From Vicugna vicugna (Eukaryota): a stretch of DNA of 64,000 nucleotides. Below are positions 50,001-61,927 of the stretch, one piece after another. The stretch lies in the NCBI GenBank assembly GCA_013265495.1, contig MU057801.1, positions 186,001-250,000 on the forward strand. Direction: 5' to 3'. The notes beneath the pieces are model-generated. The model saw only the letters and a program-made list of their open reading frames with translations, searched no databases and was not told the origin of the DNA. The translations under genes and the position numbers were made by a program. Positions within the stretch are counted from its first letter, which is position 1; every line of letters begins with the position of its first letter.

Positions 50001-53000
50001 CTAGAAGCCACTTGAGCTCGAGAGCCCCACCTCTGGCATGTCCAGGCGTGGCTGACTGATGGCTAACTCGTAGATCGCCCGTGCTCTCTCGATGTCGCCA
50101 AGGATTGTCTCTAATTCTGCAAATTTAATCCAAGAGGTACAATTTTCAGGTCCAAACTCCAGGAACTTCTCATAAAGCTTCCGGCATCTGTCAAACTCTC
50201 GAAGCTGTAGCTCCAGTTCAATGTAGCCTTTAAACAGCTTGTTCTTCGGACACTTGCCTATGGAAGTTCCCTGGAAAAGAGGACCAACCGCTGTGATGCC
50301 TGCGTGGGTCTGACCTGCGCACAGACACCGCCCGCCTGCCCTAGAAGCAGCTCTCCGCGAGCAGGAGCCTCGGAGCTCGGTAGGCGAGCCCCCTACCCGT
50401 GTGGCATCGGACTGCTCATGCCTGCTCCTGACAGAGCCCGAAGGAAACCTTCCAATTCACTCGGGGGTCAAGAGGCTCTGTGCCCACGGGTGCCTGTTCA
50501 GAAAAGACAGTGTTGCAGAACTGTCTGGAAAGCTAGTTTGAATTTCACTTAGTTTCCCAAGATCTCATAGGGAACGTGGATGAGGGATGGACAACACCTC
50601 CCACAACTGAAGGCTCATCAAGGAACGAACCCTGCCTCACAGCCCACGGCCTGGTGCGTTATCGGAAGGATAACTGCTTCTGCGCCTACCGGGAAGTTGT
50701 AGAGCACGTGTTAAGAGGGAGGTGCATTCAGTGCACCCGAAGTCCTGTAGAGGATCAGACTACCGCAGATCTGATCTGAGCTCTAGCCTAAGATCCCATC
50801 TCTGCAGCCAGAGGAGGACCTGGCAGCTGGAAGGTTCCGGTGCTGACAAAGGACCATCTCAGCATCACTCCTCAGTCTTTCTTCAAAGGCCACGTGTTTT
50901 CTGACGCGTCTCAGGTGACAAGGGCACAGTATTTCTGTTGCCTTCTTAGTACTAACTTGTAAGCACTAAGGTTTCAACTTCCTTCTCAAAGAACTCTACA
51001 GTGCAGCTTGATCCTTTCTTTACTTACCAAAGCTCTCCTGGCAAATGGTAAATTTTTCTGTCTTATTTCAAACTGTGCATATAGTAACCACATTTTGGCA
51101 AATGTGAACTAGAAAATAGAAGCACAAAAATTCAATTAAGTTAAATTTAAATTAACAAAGGCCACAAATTTCCCTGAAACTTCAAAGCTAAGACAGATGT
51201 ATTTTCTTGCTTATAAGCTAAGATGACAATATTTGACAGAAATATGAACAGTAATCACAGAATATCCCCCTCTATCCTAGAAGGTAACTCGATCAATACC
51301 TGTTTCTTGTGCTGGGAAATCTGGCAGAGATCGTCAGCCATTTCTAGAACACACGTGTGTTCCCCACGTCTGCACATGTGCACTGGGGCGCCACCAGACA
51401 CCTGCGGGCTGTTCCTGTGCCCCATCCTTCTGCTCAGTCTACCCCAGTGACCACCCTCCTCTGAAATTCTACATGATCATCTGTGTGGGTCATCTGTCAC
51501 TTAACACAGGCGGTCCCCTCAACTGGATGGTAAGCTGTTTTCAGAGGCGAACAGCGTATCTTGCTTATGTTTTTCGTGGAGGCGAGCACAGGGAAGTCGT
51601 CAATACTGTTTCACTGAACCTGGTCACAAGCAACAGACACAGGATTTCGATGCATCTGGAACAGAACGCTTGGACCAAACGTACCTTTTTATGAGGAATT
51701 AGTTCCAAAGAGGCTTGGTAAACCTGTCTTGTCCTCTCGGGATCCTGCATCAGGGTAAGAAAATTTCACAAAACATTCAGGTCTGTTACTAATGCTGATT
51801 TTACCATTAGTAAAAATGCTGATTTTACCATTAGTAAAAACGTGTAACCCCAACACTGAGTATGTTTCCTTCAGTTTTTATTTTCAAACCCTGATTCTAT
51901 TTATGATCAAAAGTGAACTACCTTTGGCCATCAAACTGTGATCAAAGACTCACCAACAATATAGGCGTCAAGATACCGAGAGTTTCTCTGTGGAAAGGCC
52001 TTTGCCTGAGAGCAGAAACAAAGACGTTCCACAGTCTCATGTACGAGCCAAAGGTTATCTTTTATTAACTTACACACATCCAGTTCCTGACAATTCCACT
52101 TGATCCTTACCAAATGCAAGGATGTGCAATCCAGCTAAGATCCCTATTTCTGAGAAAACCCAGGAAACTATAGATAATTAAACTAAGGGCTGGTTCACTG
52201 TTCCCCTGCAAGTTCCAAGTAATAATCTGGTTGTGCCTCCAGGCTTAAAAGTCTCCACCAAAACTAAGAGCAGCCGAGAGGCGCCCACCACAGGCGTACA
52301 GAGGTGGGGACACTCAGAGGGAACGTGCAGCTACGGGGCCGCGCGGGGAGGAGGGGGGGTGCTGTCAGTCTGGAGGGGAAGCCCCGCCCTAGGACGGAGC
52401 GGGCCCCGCCCACCTTGGCCTCCAGCTCCTCGTACAGCGCGTAGTTGACCCACAGGTAGATGTAGCGCCGCCAGTGCCTCTTCTCGGGCACGGGCGGCAC
52501 GTGTGCGACGGCGCGCTCGTACACCTCCCGCACCGCCTCCGCCTCCGCGTCGCTCTCCACCAGGCGCAGGTAGTCGAACCACGCGTCGTAGTTGTGCGGG
52601 TTGGCCTAGGGAGACAGGTCCAAGGAGTGGAAGCCGGCCGAGGGCTGCGCCGGCGGGGCCCGGGGAGCCGGAGCCGGCACCAGACCGACCTTCTGTATTT
52701 CAGCTGCTTTTTTCTAGATTTCGTGTGCTGTTTCGTTTAAAAAAATGCCATTCTTGAGATGTTATAAATAGAAATGGACAAGGAATATGGAACAGATGTC
52801 CCTCAGCGAAGCGCCTTTCACCTACACCAGCCTACTTCTCTGGACTATGCTAATTTTTAATTTTTGTAAAAGGTATAAATGGAAAAATGACTTAGAGGCA
52901 AATATCTCAAAATCGGTTAATAACTGTTTTTTTTCCCCTAAACGAAGGAGCACCTGGTCATCAGCGAAGACCACTGTTCTGGGCAGCGCCCTGCGACGCC

Positions 53001-56000
53001 TCCCCTACAGAGGGGAAGGGGCCGGCCCCCGCCTTCCCGCCCCCCCGCAGCCACCGCACTGGGCCAATTAAGGAGCCCTGCTCGAGGGTCTGCCTCATCT
53101 GAGCGGGTGACCAGAAGTGAAGCACATTTAGAGCTGGTCCGTGAAGTGGTGTCCATGGGTGGGACAGTCACTCCTGGCCGGACTGAAATGGGACTGTCCC
53201 ACCGCCTGCTTCAGGACCCTCTGCAACTGCCTTGATTCCTGCCTGTCGTCCAAGCCCGGTCCTCCAGCCTCCTGGTGACTCTGTAAACTTCCCAGGATCT
53301 ACGGCTATAAAAACAGACTTCTGTTTCTGTAAGGGTATTTGTTTACATATGTGAGTACGTACATAGCATTATATCTAGATTTAAAATTACAATGGAATTA
53401 TACCAAGCGCACAGTCGCAAAACCAACCTCTTCAATAGTGACACATCTTGAACGTACCCCCACTGACCTCATTTAACACCAGACTTGGTCCTTTGGAGAT
53501 TTCTGAATTAACTGGACCAAGCAGAAGTATTTTTAAATACACAGCAGAAGAGTAAAGAAAAACATTACTACCTTTGAACTCCAATCAAAACAGTACCTTA
53601 CAGACAGAGAAGAGAATGGAACCGTAACTACAATGTGTCTTTTGTTCAAGCAGTTAAGCTAAAGGGTAATGAACAAAAATGGGGTTTTTGGATCAATCTC
53701 TGACTCTTCCACCTTCTTTCAAAAAAAATGAGCTCAAATGGATTCCAGGTTTCTTTTGCTCAATTTCTACAGGACACAACCAGCAACCCATAAAATGACT
53801 TCCAGCATGTGAGGGGCAAACTCCTGTGCGGCCTGCCTGCCTTTTCTACCAGCCCTGCTCATTCCCACCGGCCTGCAGTTGCCACCTGTTTACTGCAGAC
53901 ACGGGATGGAGGGAGTGATCACTGGGAGCCCCGACTCGCGGCACCGCAGCCAGCGCAGGCAGGCAGGTTCGCTCACTGCAGCGTGGCGCGGACCCTGCAC
54001 TCACCTTCACTTCTTCCTCATACTGGAATCTCCGTTTGCTCACAATGATGTCTTCGATGCCCCGCCTGTCACCAAACTTCTTCTCAAAGATGGTGTAGTT
54101 TTTAAAGAGCTCTTGGGCCTCCTGCTTTGAAATCCTGTCCAGGGCGTACTTGTAGATCACTCGCACCCTCTCAAACTGAAAGCAGACGGGACGATGAGCT
54201 TCCAGGACACAGAATTGTCATTCAAGTCATAGCGTGGGAAGTAATCACGACATCAGATGTTACTTCTAAGTAGGAATGTGAGGCCTCAAAACACGACTTT
54301 TCTTCTCCCTTCTGCTGAGCCGCTCAGGCAGGAGGGGCTGCCGCACTCCCCGAGCCTCGCGTGGAGCAGCCTTCCCCGCCCAGGCCACAGACGCCATCCA
54401 CGCATGCACACCTCAGACGCCCCAGCTTGGTGAACCACCCCTGCCACGGGGCACTGGCTCAACCCGAGTCCTCCCAGAGCCCTCAGTCCCACACTCCTTG
54501 CCCCCACAGCCCGGCCACCTCTACCTTCAGCACAGCCCTGCGCCTGCCCCTCCCTGGGCCCCAGCCGCTCCATCTCCACTTCTCCCAGAACCGGTCCAAG
54601 TGTCCCACTTCCGCTCCAGCCCCCTCCCCCTAGGACAACCTCCATCCATCAGCCAGAGGCCCTCCTTACAGCAGGACTGTGTCCCAGCTGCTCCTGCTTA
54701 ATTAAAACCCTCAGTACCTCCACGGGCCTCAGGGCAGAATCGGGGCTCCCTACTGCGACCCGTGCCAGGCCCTGCACTCAGACCTCAGCTGACCCCTCCC
54801 GATCCTGTGTTATTTGAGCTACTTTGCAGGGTCACTTTCTGTATACGCTACCGGAGAAGAGAACTGACTGACTTGTGGAGAAATTCTCTCTGCACTGAGG
54901 CCTCTGGGCTTCTGGTCTCCCAGGTTCACTAGCCGTGAAGCCCTTTGATCAGGACCCCACACGACTCACACAGCTTGTAGATAACATTCTCATTCTCAGC
55001 TGAAAGACTTATTTTTCAAGCAAAGCACGACGAAGTCATGACACTTACGATACTGTCTCTAATCACTCGCTCCCCACCTGCAGCTGAGCCACAAGGTATG
55101 CTGTCTTCCCTGAGAAACCAGGGTCTTGTATCCTGAAACATTTCTCCAAGGGTAAGTGAGCAAGAACATGGGAATGAACACAATGTGCACAAGCAGCACC
55201 TCCTCTAAGCTGTTTTGCAACGTAACCGAGTCCTTTCACGTCTGCTTACTTCTTTCTGATTTTCCTCAAATTTGGCAAAGGCGACGTACAGGTGCTCGTC
55301 CATGTGCTCGTCCCCGAAGAACTCCACGGCCCTCTCGTACACCTTCCGCGCGTGGGCGAAGTAGCCGTGCTTCTCCTCAAAGCGGGCGTACTTGGTCCAG
55401 TTCTTCACGTCGGGGTGCACGAGAACAAGTGGGGAGGGGGTTAAAGAAACACCGGGCAGGATGACGTGGCTTCAAAACAAAAACAAACCCAAAGCCAAAG
55501 CCCCAACGACACACAGCATGGCTAGCGGGTGGTAAGACACATCGAGGCGGAGACCACCCGACCTGGGGCCACCGAGGTCTGGCCTCCTCCAGGGCTCGCT
55601 CAGTGGTCCACGCAGGGGTTTGCAGCCGTGAAAAAGCTGAGCCTTGTTACTAGCCATGTGACGTGGACAAGTCATTTCTCTTCTCTTAGCCTCAGTTTTA
55701 TCATCTAGAAATAGAGAAAAATAATACCAACCAACCCCATCCGATGATCGCCAGCATCAAATGAGAAAAATGTGTGTGAAACTCTTGGCCATTTCTAGCC
55801 AAAAGGACGTGCTCAATGTAGGGCACCTATTACAGCGTTCGCTCAAGAACATTAAAATTTCAAGTAATGACTAAGAAAAACACACGTCACAAAAGGAGAA
55901 CTGCTAACCAGAACCAAGAGAGAAAGCTGTGACTCACCACGTCACTTAACAGGATGTGTCTACTCTGAATCTCCCTGCTTTGAGGAAGTCACTGATTCCC

Positions 56001-59000
56001 AAGTAGCAGCACAGCCAGCAGGGCTGAGGGCTCGAACCCCGCCTCCATCATCCCCCGCCCTGAGACCCCATCCGCTGCGTCGGCGGCGCCCTCTGTAGAA
56101 CACAGCGGTCCCTGCATCGCAGGGCTGTCGTGGGAATGAAATGACAGTACCCGCGCGGTGCTCAGAATGGAGCCTGGCACACAGTGAGCACTGTAAATGC
56201 TTTTGTCAAACTAGTAACATCAAAATGAGCAGTCTTGACCAAGACCTTAAACCTGCAGAGGGAAGGGGAGCCTTGCGTCCCGCAGCGGTCGTGTTCTGTG
56301 AAGTCACGCCGCCACCGCCAGCGGAGAGCACCGAACCACCGCCGCAGGGAGGCGGGGCTCACACGTGCACGTCGCGCATGGGCTGTGGTCCTCAATCCTA
56401 AAGACAGCTAATGCTGGTAGCTTCTACTTCATTTTATAAAAGAGAAAACAAGCTTCAGAAGTCTTCAGTGACTTGCCCGGGGCCACCCACTACGCAGCCC
56501 CCGCCAACTGGCCCCAGAGCCCACGCGTCCTGCTCTGCGCTGCACCACCCCTCCCGTCCCCCGCCCAGGTAACCTCTGCCTGAGAGCAGACAAGACAGCA
56601 GGTGGTCGTTTTGTTTGTCCTCAACTGGGACCATGTGCCTCGGCTGATTCAAGTTTTCTGTCACTCTGAGCTTGTGTGCCAACAACTGCCAATGGGACGC
56701 CAGCACTGATTTTGGGATTACAAATAAGTTTTAGCAGGTAGAAGTCACAGATTATAAAGTCAACCACTTCCACTGCTGCAAGCGCTGTCCCGTGTCATCA
56801 TCCCCTCCTCACAGCCAGCCCGCAGTGGGGGTTTTCACTCCGTCCTTAAAGACGAGGACATCAGGGCACAGGCAGTCACTCCCGACGCGCTGAGGTCCCA
56901 GGCAGTCATCAGCAAACTTCTGGACAGACTCCGGTAAGAGTGCTAATAACATACGTCCCAGAAAAAAGCAGGCCTGGCTGCAGTGGCCAGGGCCCCAGCA
57001 GGTCATCTTCCTCAAGGAACCACAGTGTTAACGCCAAAATACAAACAAACCCAGTCTCCCTGGAAGAGACCCAACTGCCCAGCCCACAGATTTACCCCGC
57101 CCAACCTGAGTCCTAGAACACACGCACGCAGTTCAGGAAGCAGGTGAAATGCACCCCTGACTTCTAGGCCAACATCAAGGACCAGGCGTCGCAGCCAGGA
57201 CCACCCCTCCTCCGAGAACAGCACCCAGGACCCTACGGGCGCCACGCAGCCCTCGTCCAAAGGATATATCGCTCGTAGATGGCACGGGCGCGGTCCACCT
57301 CCTTGTACCGCAGCTCGAAGTTGATGTAGGAGTGCCAGGCCTGCTCCTCCGGCTGCCACTCCATCCAGCGCTCGAACACCTGCCGGGCGCCGGCAACGTT
57401 CCCCAGCATCTCCTCCATGTACGTGTACTTGTACCTTCAACAAACCACCCGCAACGCCCTCCCTGTCAAGATGACCTCAGGAAGAGACGGCCTTTGGCAG
57501 CTTCTAGCTCTGAACTTGTTAACCGTGAAGTAGGTTTAGGGCTGTATCTCCTCTGAAGGTTAAGTCAACACGCTTTCTTTTTAAAATACAAATTCGAAAA
57601 AGATGAATCATTGGAAAATAGGGTACTTTTTTCTCAAAAACTACTTAGTTCCACAAGAAGTTTCTCATGCATAAAAGTTGCAACCAAAATTTTAGGGTTT
57701 TTTTTAAATTTTAGTTTTTTAAATTTTTATTTATGTATTTAATTTTGGGGAAGGGAGGTAATTAGGTTATTTATTTACTCATCTTTAATGGAGGTGCTGG
57801 GGATTGAACCCAGGACCTTGTGCATGCTAGGCACACACTCTGCCACTGAGCTGTACCCTCCCCCATTAATTTTAGTTTTGATGACACAGCTATTACACAT
57901 TGTGATTATGGCTTAACAGACTAAAAGACATTAAAAAGTACTGATAGTATGTTTAAAGACAAACTTGGATATAAGGTTAAAAATATACGATTACAACTAT
58001 GTACATAAAATAAATACACAAAAGCACAGAACTTCATAGTCCTCAAAAGGCCATTTCGTTAGGTCAGAAACTTACCAGAACTGGTTGACCCGAGGCAGAG
58101 TCGTGATGGCCCGGTCCCAGATATTTCGGGCGTGGTTCACCTGGCGATTCTTCATTTCCATTTCTGCATATTTCAGCCAGAGTGTGATATTCCGATAGTC
58201 CACATCCAAAGCACGTTCGTAGATGGATCGAGCCCTTGAGATGCAAGATTTGGAGGGTGTTAAAAGCAGTACGTGCATGCAACACACGTGGCCAATTGTG
58301 TGAAACCGTCTGCGGAGCTCTGCTACTGTCAGCGTTGCCTGTGAGCCGGTTCTGAGTGTGGGGAGGGGAAAAGATGCCACGTTCTCAGGAATCTTACAAA
58401 GACTTAGGGAAGGACTGACATGCACGTCATTGCAATGCGGTGTGACCAACGTTACAGGCAAGACCTACATCAAGTAGAGGGGAAGAAATAAAAATGTCTG
58501 GTGGCAAAGACTAAGCAGTAGGTGAGAACTTGAGGAAAGTTCCAGAGGCCAAGGTGCGTGGGGAGGGTGCTCGCGCCAGGGAGAGAACAGCCAAGGGCCA
58601 GGGGAGGACACAGGCTGTGTTCAGGGAGGCACAGCGAGGGCCAGGTGCACTGGGAGGACGCAGGGAGGCTGGACAACAGGAAGGGTCAGGTCGTGGTTTT
58701 CATCTTGTTGGCCACTGGGTCTCAGTGGATCAATTTTTATTAAAAAAAAAAAATCCCAATATAGAGAAAGCAGATGAACCTGCACCTCTGGCTGTGGAGT
58801 GGGTGCGGGTGGGGAAGCCCAGCCGCAGGGCCTCCAGCCCACCCCCTACCCAGGACAGTCCTCCCACAGTGGTCCCTGAGGTCCCCGAAGGAGCCTTGGG
58901 GTTCCACGGAACAAACTGAGAATTGTCACCTGAGGCTCTTACTCGAGCCTTTTCCATGTTTCTGTATCTGGTGACTTACGAATCTCCACACACACCATCC

Positions 59001-61692
59001 CATGCTGGTTAATCTTACCTCTGAATCTCCTTTAGACTCTCCTCCCATTGTGCGTATTTTATCCAGTTACTAATCACAGTCCTGTTTTTCCTTATGTTAT
59101 CTTCAAAAGTCTGGCAAAAGACAGAGAGTCAAATTAAAAGGAAAATGACTAAAAATGGCATCAGCTTTTGTCTGTTAATCCTTGTACTAAGAAGGTTATT
59201 CATTTTGTTCTTATTTAAAAGAAATCACATCCTGGAATCCTTGAGAAAGAAGAACCCCACTAAAGAAGGTTACAGTCACAAGTGTTTAAAAGTCTTATAC
59301 GCAAACAAAGAGAAAAACTTTAGGTAGAAAGAACGATTAGCAGAATTGTTGATATTTTCTTATTGTCCATAACAAGTGATATTTTAATAGACTCTACACT
59401 TGTTCCTAAGGAGACAACATTTTTGACTACTTAGGTCCTCTCAGTAATTACTCAGAAAGCCAAAGTCTCACTGAGAGGTTTAAAACAACCCCCACCCCAG
59501 GGTGAGGTGGCGGTCAGGTCAGAACCCCAGGTCCTCTTAGGGCTCCTCTGCAGGTTCCACTACTTCACACAGAAGGCGCTACACACGGGGGCACCCAGCG
59601 CGACCTCGCCGTGCCCACCCTCCTCCAGCCGTCAGCTGTTCGGCCTGTTAAACTTCCGCCCATCTTTAATTCCACACTGAAAATCTGTCTCTGGTGGATT
59701 TAATCTCTTTATACTTTAAGACAGACAACTCATGGCAGGTTTTATAAAGTTCAGCAAAATGCAATCATCTGGTAACCAGAAGCTACATTACTCACGTGGC
59801 TAGAACCACTAACCTTTTATCTTACCATCTCTCTAACCAGTGATGACCTTTTCCATCTCTGACCTATGAACTCCCCACCATGTCAACAGACTGATGGATC
59901 CTGCAGTGACTGACCTTCCTCTTCCTGAGTTTGTAATCATTTAATTCTTCTTCATCGGTGATCTTCTGTTGAGGGGGAGGTGGAAGGAGCTCAAGCTCCC
60001 TTTCCTTAGCTTCTCTCAGAAGCTGCTCCGCAGTTATCTGCACCTCAGCGGGGGCTTTGTTTTTCACCTTTTAAGACAGAAGACAGTCCTATTTTTAGTA
60101 GATGCTCTTCACACAAGGTTTAAGAAACAAATGACATTTTTTTTAGGATGTGAACTTTACAAACATTATAACAAGATGTGCTCTTTGCATGACAAGGTCC
60201 CTTTTCTCTATCAAACTAAATATATTTAAAAAATTTTTGTTTTCTATCTTTGTATTTATTACAAAGCCATAGGTAGAAGTCTCAAGAGAAAAGGTAGCCA
60301 AAACAGCAAGTTTTCCCTTTTAGAATTGTATAATGATAAACTTTGAGGCTGCCTAAGGAAAATTCTCACCAGAGGTTCTGTTTTGTCAGGATGTGGGGCC
60401 ATATCTGATCTAGCATTTCAACCTCTATTTACAGAATCCTTCAAATTATGCCCCAGGTAGATAACTGCACTCGATTTTTCATGGCATTTCAAGTCAAGGA
60501 CATATTCAGTAAGTTCCCATCATTAAGACTGTAAGCTTCTTAAGGTCTTAGAGCTGTGCTGTCCAACACAGTAACCATGAACCACATGTGATGAGTCCAA
60601 ACTGGGATCAGCTGTGTATGTAAAACACACACTGGATTTTGAAGGCTTAGTGGGAAAAAAAGAAAAAACTACCTAATCAGAATTTTAACATTGATTACAT
60701 GTTGCAACGCCAGTGTCTTGAATATACTAGGTTAAATAAAATAAATAATTGAAATTAACATCACCTGTTTTGACTTTTTACTGTAGCTTTGAGAGAACTT
60801 AAAGTCACATGTGGCTCACGTTATATTTCTACTGAACCCGTGGAGCCCAATAAAAGTTTATGGAATTGAATTATAAGAAATATTATTTATTGCCCTGTGT
60901 GGAATGATGACGGTAATAATGGTGATAGCTCATGTCTAACGAGTATTAAGTGCCAGGCACTGAGCTATGTGCTTTAAATGCACTATCGCCGGGAGTCATC
61001 TAAATGGTAAGTAAAGGACAGGCTCGAGAGAGCCTTCTGGGCTGCAGAAACGGACCCGAGGGAGAGTAAAGGCTTATTAGCATAGAGCCTGTCATATATC
61101 AAGCACTCGGCAAGTACTAGCCACCGATGGAAAAACCAGATCCTATCAGACTTCTGGTTTAATCAACTTAAACGATGCCAGCACACAGCTCTTGTCATCT
61201 ACTCTCGCTCCTTCCACTCTCAACTGGGCTAACTCCTATTAGCCTTCAAGGGTCAGCTTAACTATCACTTCTCAGCAAAGTGAATCCGGAGACTCCTCGC
61301 TCAAGCCCAGTATCCCATGGCATATTCCACTTGGCCTCACTGGCACTTGGCAAGGCTGCAATTTTACACTTCCTAGTGTCTGATTTGAGAGCTCCCCAGC
61401 GCCTAGCGCGCCGCCTAGCTCAGCTGAGCTGCGTGGAATGACCCGATTCCTGCCGCCGCATAAACACCTGCCCAGACCGCGGACGCGGGGTGCGCGTCCC
61501 ACCCGCTGACCCTCCCCCTCGCGGCCCCGCACGGGGCGGGCAGGCTTCCGGGACCACACGCCCTCCCGCCCCGCGCAACACGGAGGCCGGGCCACCCTCT
61601 CTCCCAGGCCTCCTCCCACAAGGCCCCTCGCCGCCGCCTACCTTGGCCACCTTGGGGATCCTCTGCTTCCCTGCTGCGGTGGAGGCCGCCAT
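46907..61692 (-). CDS. CRNKL1: Crooked neck pre-mRNA splicing factor 1 (HAT-repeat NTC component), 693 aa; complement(join(46907..47092,47867..48115,48559..48660,50031..50270,51028..51108,51685..51744,52414..52605,54005..54175,55250..55428,57268..57434,58076..58234,59019..59110,59915..60067,61642..61692))
   Basis: 14 exons sum to 2082 nt with consistent phases; [36 protein letters not shown]...; HAT repeats ([18 protein letters not shown]). Confidence 0.96.
47867..48115 (-). CDS. CRNKL1: CRNKL1 exon 13
   Basis: [10 protein letters not shown]...VQADDG; AG/GT boundaries. Confidence 0.95.
48559..48660 (-). CDS. CRNKL1: CRNKL1 exon 12
   Basis: [15 protein letters not shown]...TQHVK. Confidence 0.95.
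49169..49469. repeat. G-rich minisatellite (~18-20-bp unit GGGGGGAGCTGCAGTCT, ~15 copies) in CRNKL1 intron 11
   Basis: Direct reading of repeated gagctgcagtct / gagctgcagcct units. Confidence 0.9.
49632..49648 (-). promoter_or_regulatory. Candidate CTCF site
   Basis: Minus strand reads GCCACAAGGTGGCGCCA. Confidence 0.55.
50031..50270 (-). CDS. CRNKL1: CRNKL1 exon 11
   Basis: [14 protein letters not shown]...RLDMPE. Confidence 0.95.
51028..51108 (-). CDS. CRNKL1: CRNKL1 exon 10
   Basis: [27 protein letters not shown]. Confidence 0.95.
51685..51744 (-). CDS. CRNKL1: CRNKL1 exon 9
   Basis: [20 protein letters not shown]. Confidence 0.95.
51791..51838. repeat. Perfect 24-bp tandem duplication
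   Basis: aatgctgattttaccattagtaaa occurs twice in tandem. Confidence 0.9.
52414..52605 (-). CDS. CRNKL1: CRNKL1 exon 8
   Basis: [18 protein letters not shown]...EELEAK. Confidence 0.95.
54005..54175 (-). CDS. CRNKL1: CRNKL1 exon 7
   Basis: [13 protein letters not shown]...YEEEVK. Confidence 0.95.
55250..55428 (-). CDS. CRNKL1: CRNKL1 exon 6
   Basis: (F)[10 protein letters not shown]...ENQKE; preceded by an AC acceptor. Confidence 0.93.
55429..57267 (-). other. CRNKL1: U12-type AT-AC intron, CRNKL1 intron 5
   Basis: Donor ATATCCTTT (57267-57259); branch site TCTTTAAC (55447-55440); terminal AC (55430-55429); this join keeps the frame (YER-F-VLVHP). Confidence 0.93.
57268..57434 (-). CDS. 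CRNKL1: CRNKL1 exon 5
   Basis: [23 protein letters not shown]...AIYER. Confidence 0.93.
57720..57865 (-). mobile_element. tRNA-Ala-derived SINE (vic-1-like)
   Basis: Reverse-complement SINE; TSD core attttagtttt. Confidence 0.88.
58076..58234 (-). CDS. CRNKL1: CRNKL1 exon 4
   Basis: [15 protein letters not shown]...RVNQF. Confidence 0.95.
59019..59110 (-). CDS. CRNKL1: CRNKL1 exon 3
   Basis: [30 protein letters not shown]. Confidence 0.95.
59915..60067 (-). CDS. CRNKL1: CRNKL1 exon 2
   Basis: [15 protein letters not shown]...KLRKRK. Confidence 0.95.
60550..60840. mobile_element. MER33/MER3-like hAT-Charlie element
   Basis: 'gctgtgctgtccaac' start, 'aaacacacactggattttgaaggcttagt' and 'gtggctcacgttatatttctactg' motifs. 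Confidence 0.7.
61642..61692 (-). CDS. CRNKL1: CRNKL1 exon 1 coding part
   Basis: Strong Kozak context [24 protein letters not shown]; |gtaggc donor. Confidence 0.95.
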
Positions 61693-61859
61693 GGCTGTAA
61701 CAGCAGCCCTCGGGCGAGCCCTGGACTCCGGAAATTGACCCTGAGGGCTCGCCCGCTCAGCAAAGCTATCCAACAACAAGAGGGACTCCGAGACCGGAAG
61801 CGGAATTGGCCTCTATGACCTTTGACCTCCTGCGCCGTGACGAGAGCAACGTCGTTTCT

Positions 61860-61927
61860 GTGGTAACCGGGCTGCGCGTCCTCTTCGGAGCAGGAGTTGG
61901 AGCACCGCGTCTGGAGTTGCAGGGGAG
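61860..61927 (+). other. CFAP61: Probable non-coding first exon of CFAP61 (5' end uncertain)
   Basis: Strong donor GAG|GTGAGT at 61927/61928 just after the X-boxes. Gene identity rests on mammalian synteny only; no CFAP61 coding sequence was recognised in the window. Confidence 0.5.
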
